NCBI GenBank assembly: GCA_028534125.1
Contig: CM052841.1
Span: 40,858,001 to 40,922,000, forward strand
Length of the DNA stretch: 64,000 nucleotides
Reading direction: 5' to 3'
Source of the DNA: Lama glama
Taxonomy: Eukaryota
Shown here: piece after piece, positions 61,890 to 64,000 of the stretch
Layout of the letters: every line of letters starts with the position of its first letter
How positions within the stretch are numbered: the first letter of the stretch is position 1
The notes under the pieces: model-generated
Databases searched by the model: none
What the model was told of the DNA's origin: nothing
What the model saw: the letters and a program-made list of their open reading frames with translations, nothing else
Translations under genes and position numbers: made by a program

Positions 61890-62460
61890 AATTCAACTTA
61901 ACCAACATCATTGAACACTTATCCTATGGTCAGTCTTGTTCCTGACTCTGACAGTGCATAAGATGTACATTTCCCACCCACAAGAAGCCACTGTTCACTA
62001 GAGGAGATGAGGTCAGTGGATAGGCTTATGACACAAAGCTACGCCTGCTGGTGTATATACAGTGCAAGAGATGCAAGAGATGCTGTGGGCCGAAGGAGTA
62101 ATAGAAGGAGAGGTTCTATCCAGATAAAAGGACAAGGAAAGACGTCATGGAGGAGGTGGCATTTGATTGGGCCTTGAAGGATGAGAAGGATTTCAACGTG
62201 CAGAGATGAGGAAAAAAGGAATTCTCTGCAGGAAAAGAGCATTAGCAGAGGCAGGGAAGTAAGAAAGAGCAAGACAAGTCCATATTCTCATGAGATGAAC
62301 ATGCCTGGGACACAGGGCCTGAACAGGGGAGTCATTAGGAGGCCTTGAATGCTAAGGTAAGGGGTGTGCAGCTCATTTGGTGGGTACTGGGGAGCCATAG
62401 AAGGCCTGAAGGAAGAGATGTCATGTCATCAGAATTGTTCTTTAGGAATATTAATCTGGC
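61890..62460. mobile_element. L2 LINE fragment
   Basis: catggaggaggtggcatttgattgggccttgaaggatgag..ggcagggaagtaag..ggccttgaatgctaagg. Confidence 0.65.
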
Positions 62461-62734
62461 AAAATCAGCCTGTTGGTTTTCCCAAAGTGCCCCCCACCCT
62501 CTGCCCAGGTGGCAAATGGGGGAGTTGAGATTAGAACCCACCCAAGCTGACTCCCAAGCTTGGGCATATAACTCTCCAAGAAGGCCACAGAAACACCCTA
62601 GATGAGCTTCAAATCAACAACTGCTTAGATGGTTTAGATACCAGCATCCTATCCAGAGGGAGACACCAGGAGAAAATAACATCTGATAGAAGGGGTGGAG
62701 ATTCATCTGATAATTCCGAGGTTCAGTCATTTGA

Positions 62735-63160
62735 AAGCTGGCCCCCAAAAGAAGTGTCCACATCCTAATCCCTGCTACCTGTGAATATTGCCTTGTATGG
62801 CAAAAGACTGAGTACTACCTTACGTGGCAAAAGATGTAAATAAATTAAGGATCTTGAGAGGAAGAACTTATTCTGGCTTATTCAGATGGCCCCACATGCA
62901 ATCACACGTACCTTTATCAGATAAACACACAGAAGAGGAGGAAGACGCAATGTGACCACAGAGATTGGAATGATGTGGCCACAAGCTAAGGAATGCCTGA
63001 GGCCACCAGAAAAGGCAAGGAATGGATTCTCCTGAGAGTCTCAGAAAGGAGTGCAGCCCTGCAACACGTTGATTACAGACTTCTGGCTTCCAGAATTGTG
63101 AGAGACGAAATGTCTCTTGTTTCAGGCCACCAAGGCTGTGATAATTTGTTACAGCAGCAA
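62735..63160 (+). mobile_element. MaLR solo LTR (MLT1D-like)
   Basis: ggcccccaaaaga..gtccacatcctaatccctg..acctgtgaatat...gacttctggcttccagaattgtgaga..aatttgttacagcagcaa. Confidence 0.85.
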
Positions 63161-64000
63161 AGAGGTCACCTTTTGTTAAATTTAATTAATTCATTTAAAT
63201 TGGTAATACAAGCACATGGGTCAACATTTTGAATGGGTAAAGGATATATATTGAAAAGGAAATCTCTCTCTTTTCCAAGCCCACCAGCCACCGGTTTCCT
63301 CCCATTAAATGGTCATTAAGTTAAATTAAATGACTGTTTAATCTTTTGTGTATGCGACACAGATTTGCAAATTTTCCCCCAAATAACCTGGAAAGTAGCA
63401 TGTGATCATGGGGTAATGAAAACAGACCTTCTCCTTGCAGACAGACAGACAGACCTGGTTCAGATTCCATCCAAGTTCCAACACATATACAGAGACTCTC
63501 TGGACAAGTTCCCCAAACACAGAGGGTCTTGGTTTTCCCCTCTGCAAAGTGGGGATGATGATGTTTCCCAACTCTAGGACTGCAGTGAGGACGAATGACA
63601 TATGTGGGTGAAGCTCACAGCAGAGACTGGTCTGTGGCTGCACAGAGAGTTCCCATCTTGTGACTACTGTTCCTGCGGCTCAAGGGGCCATTGAGGGCAC
63701 TTCTCAGCTCAGGACTTCACCACTTGGAATCAGCCAGCACATCTTTTGCTGACATGCCTAAGAGAAATGGCTGCATTTTTGACATTCCAGGGTTATTTCT
63801 GACTGTCTGTGGGCTCTTCTTTCAGTGTTGATGGAAAACCAAGTTACATAACATTAATAAGCCAATTTTTTAAACCCATAAAGAGAAAGTAATGAGCATT
63901 AGGGGGAAGCAGATATGCCTGGGCTACAAAGACAGGAATCCGGGCCTTCGTCCACATTGTTCCTTTACATGCAATGCCTTTTGGAGTACAAAATTCCAAT

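Overview
Mammalian genomic DNA, very likely a camelid (four tRNA-derived Vic-1-type SINEs), from a draft assembly with seven N gaps. Two convergent protein-coding genes were reconstructed exon by exon with consistent splice phases. NCBP1/CBP80 (+ strand) contributes its last 14 coding exons (431-18863); its 5' part lies left of the window. XPA (- strand) is complete: 6 exons, ATG at 42800, TGA at 22306, 273 aa, with a CpG-island promoter at about 42.4-43.0 kb. The right third (43-64 kb) is non-coding and dense in repeats (L1, ERV solo LTR, MLT1, Tigger/MER, MIR, L2). I see no new protein-coding system. The best leads are: (1) XPA F164C, which breaks the KFIVK APIM PCNA-binding motif; (2) a CpG-retaining, structured module in the last NCBP1 intron with a second strong acceptor (alternative C-terminus CGELLRGMFCEMA*), a candidate poison exon ending in a perfect AT-AC U12 donor, and mutually exclusive stems; (3) a U12-type GT-AG intron in NCBP1; (4) a solo LTR aimed at the XPA promoter. 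Repeat family names and most repeat boundaries are recognised by eye and are approximate. Human/mouse sequence comparisons are from memory, not from a database search.
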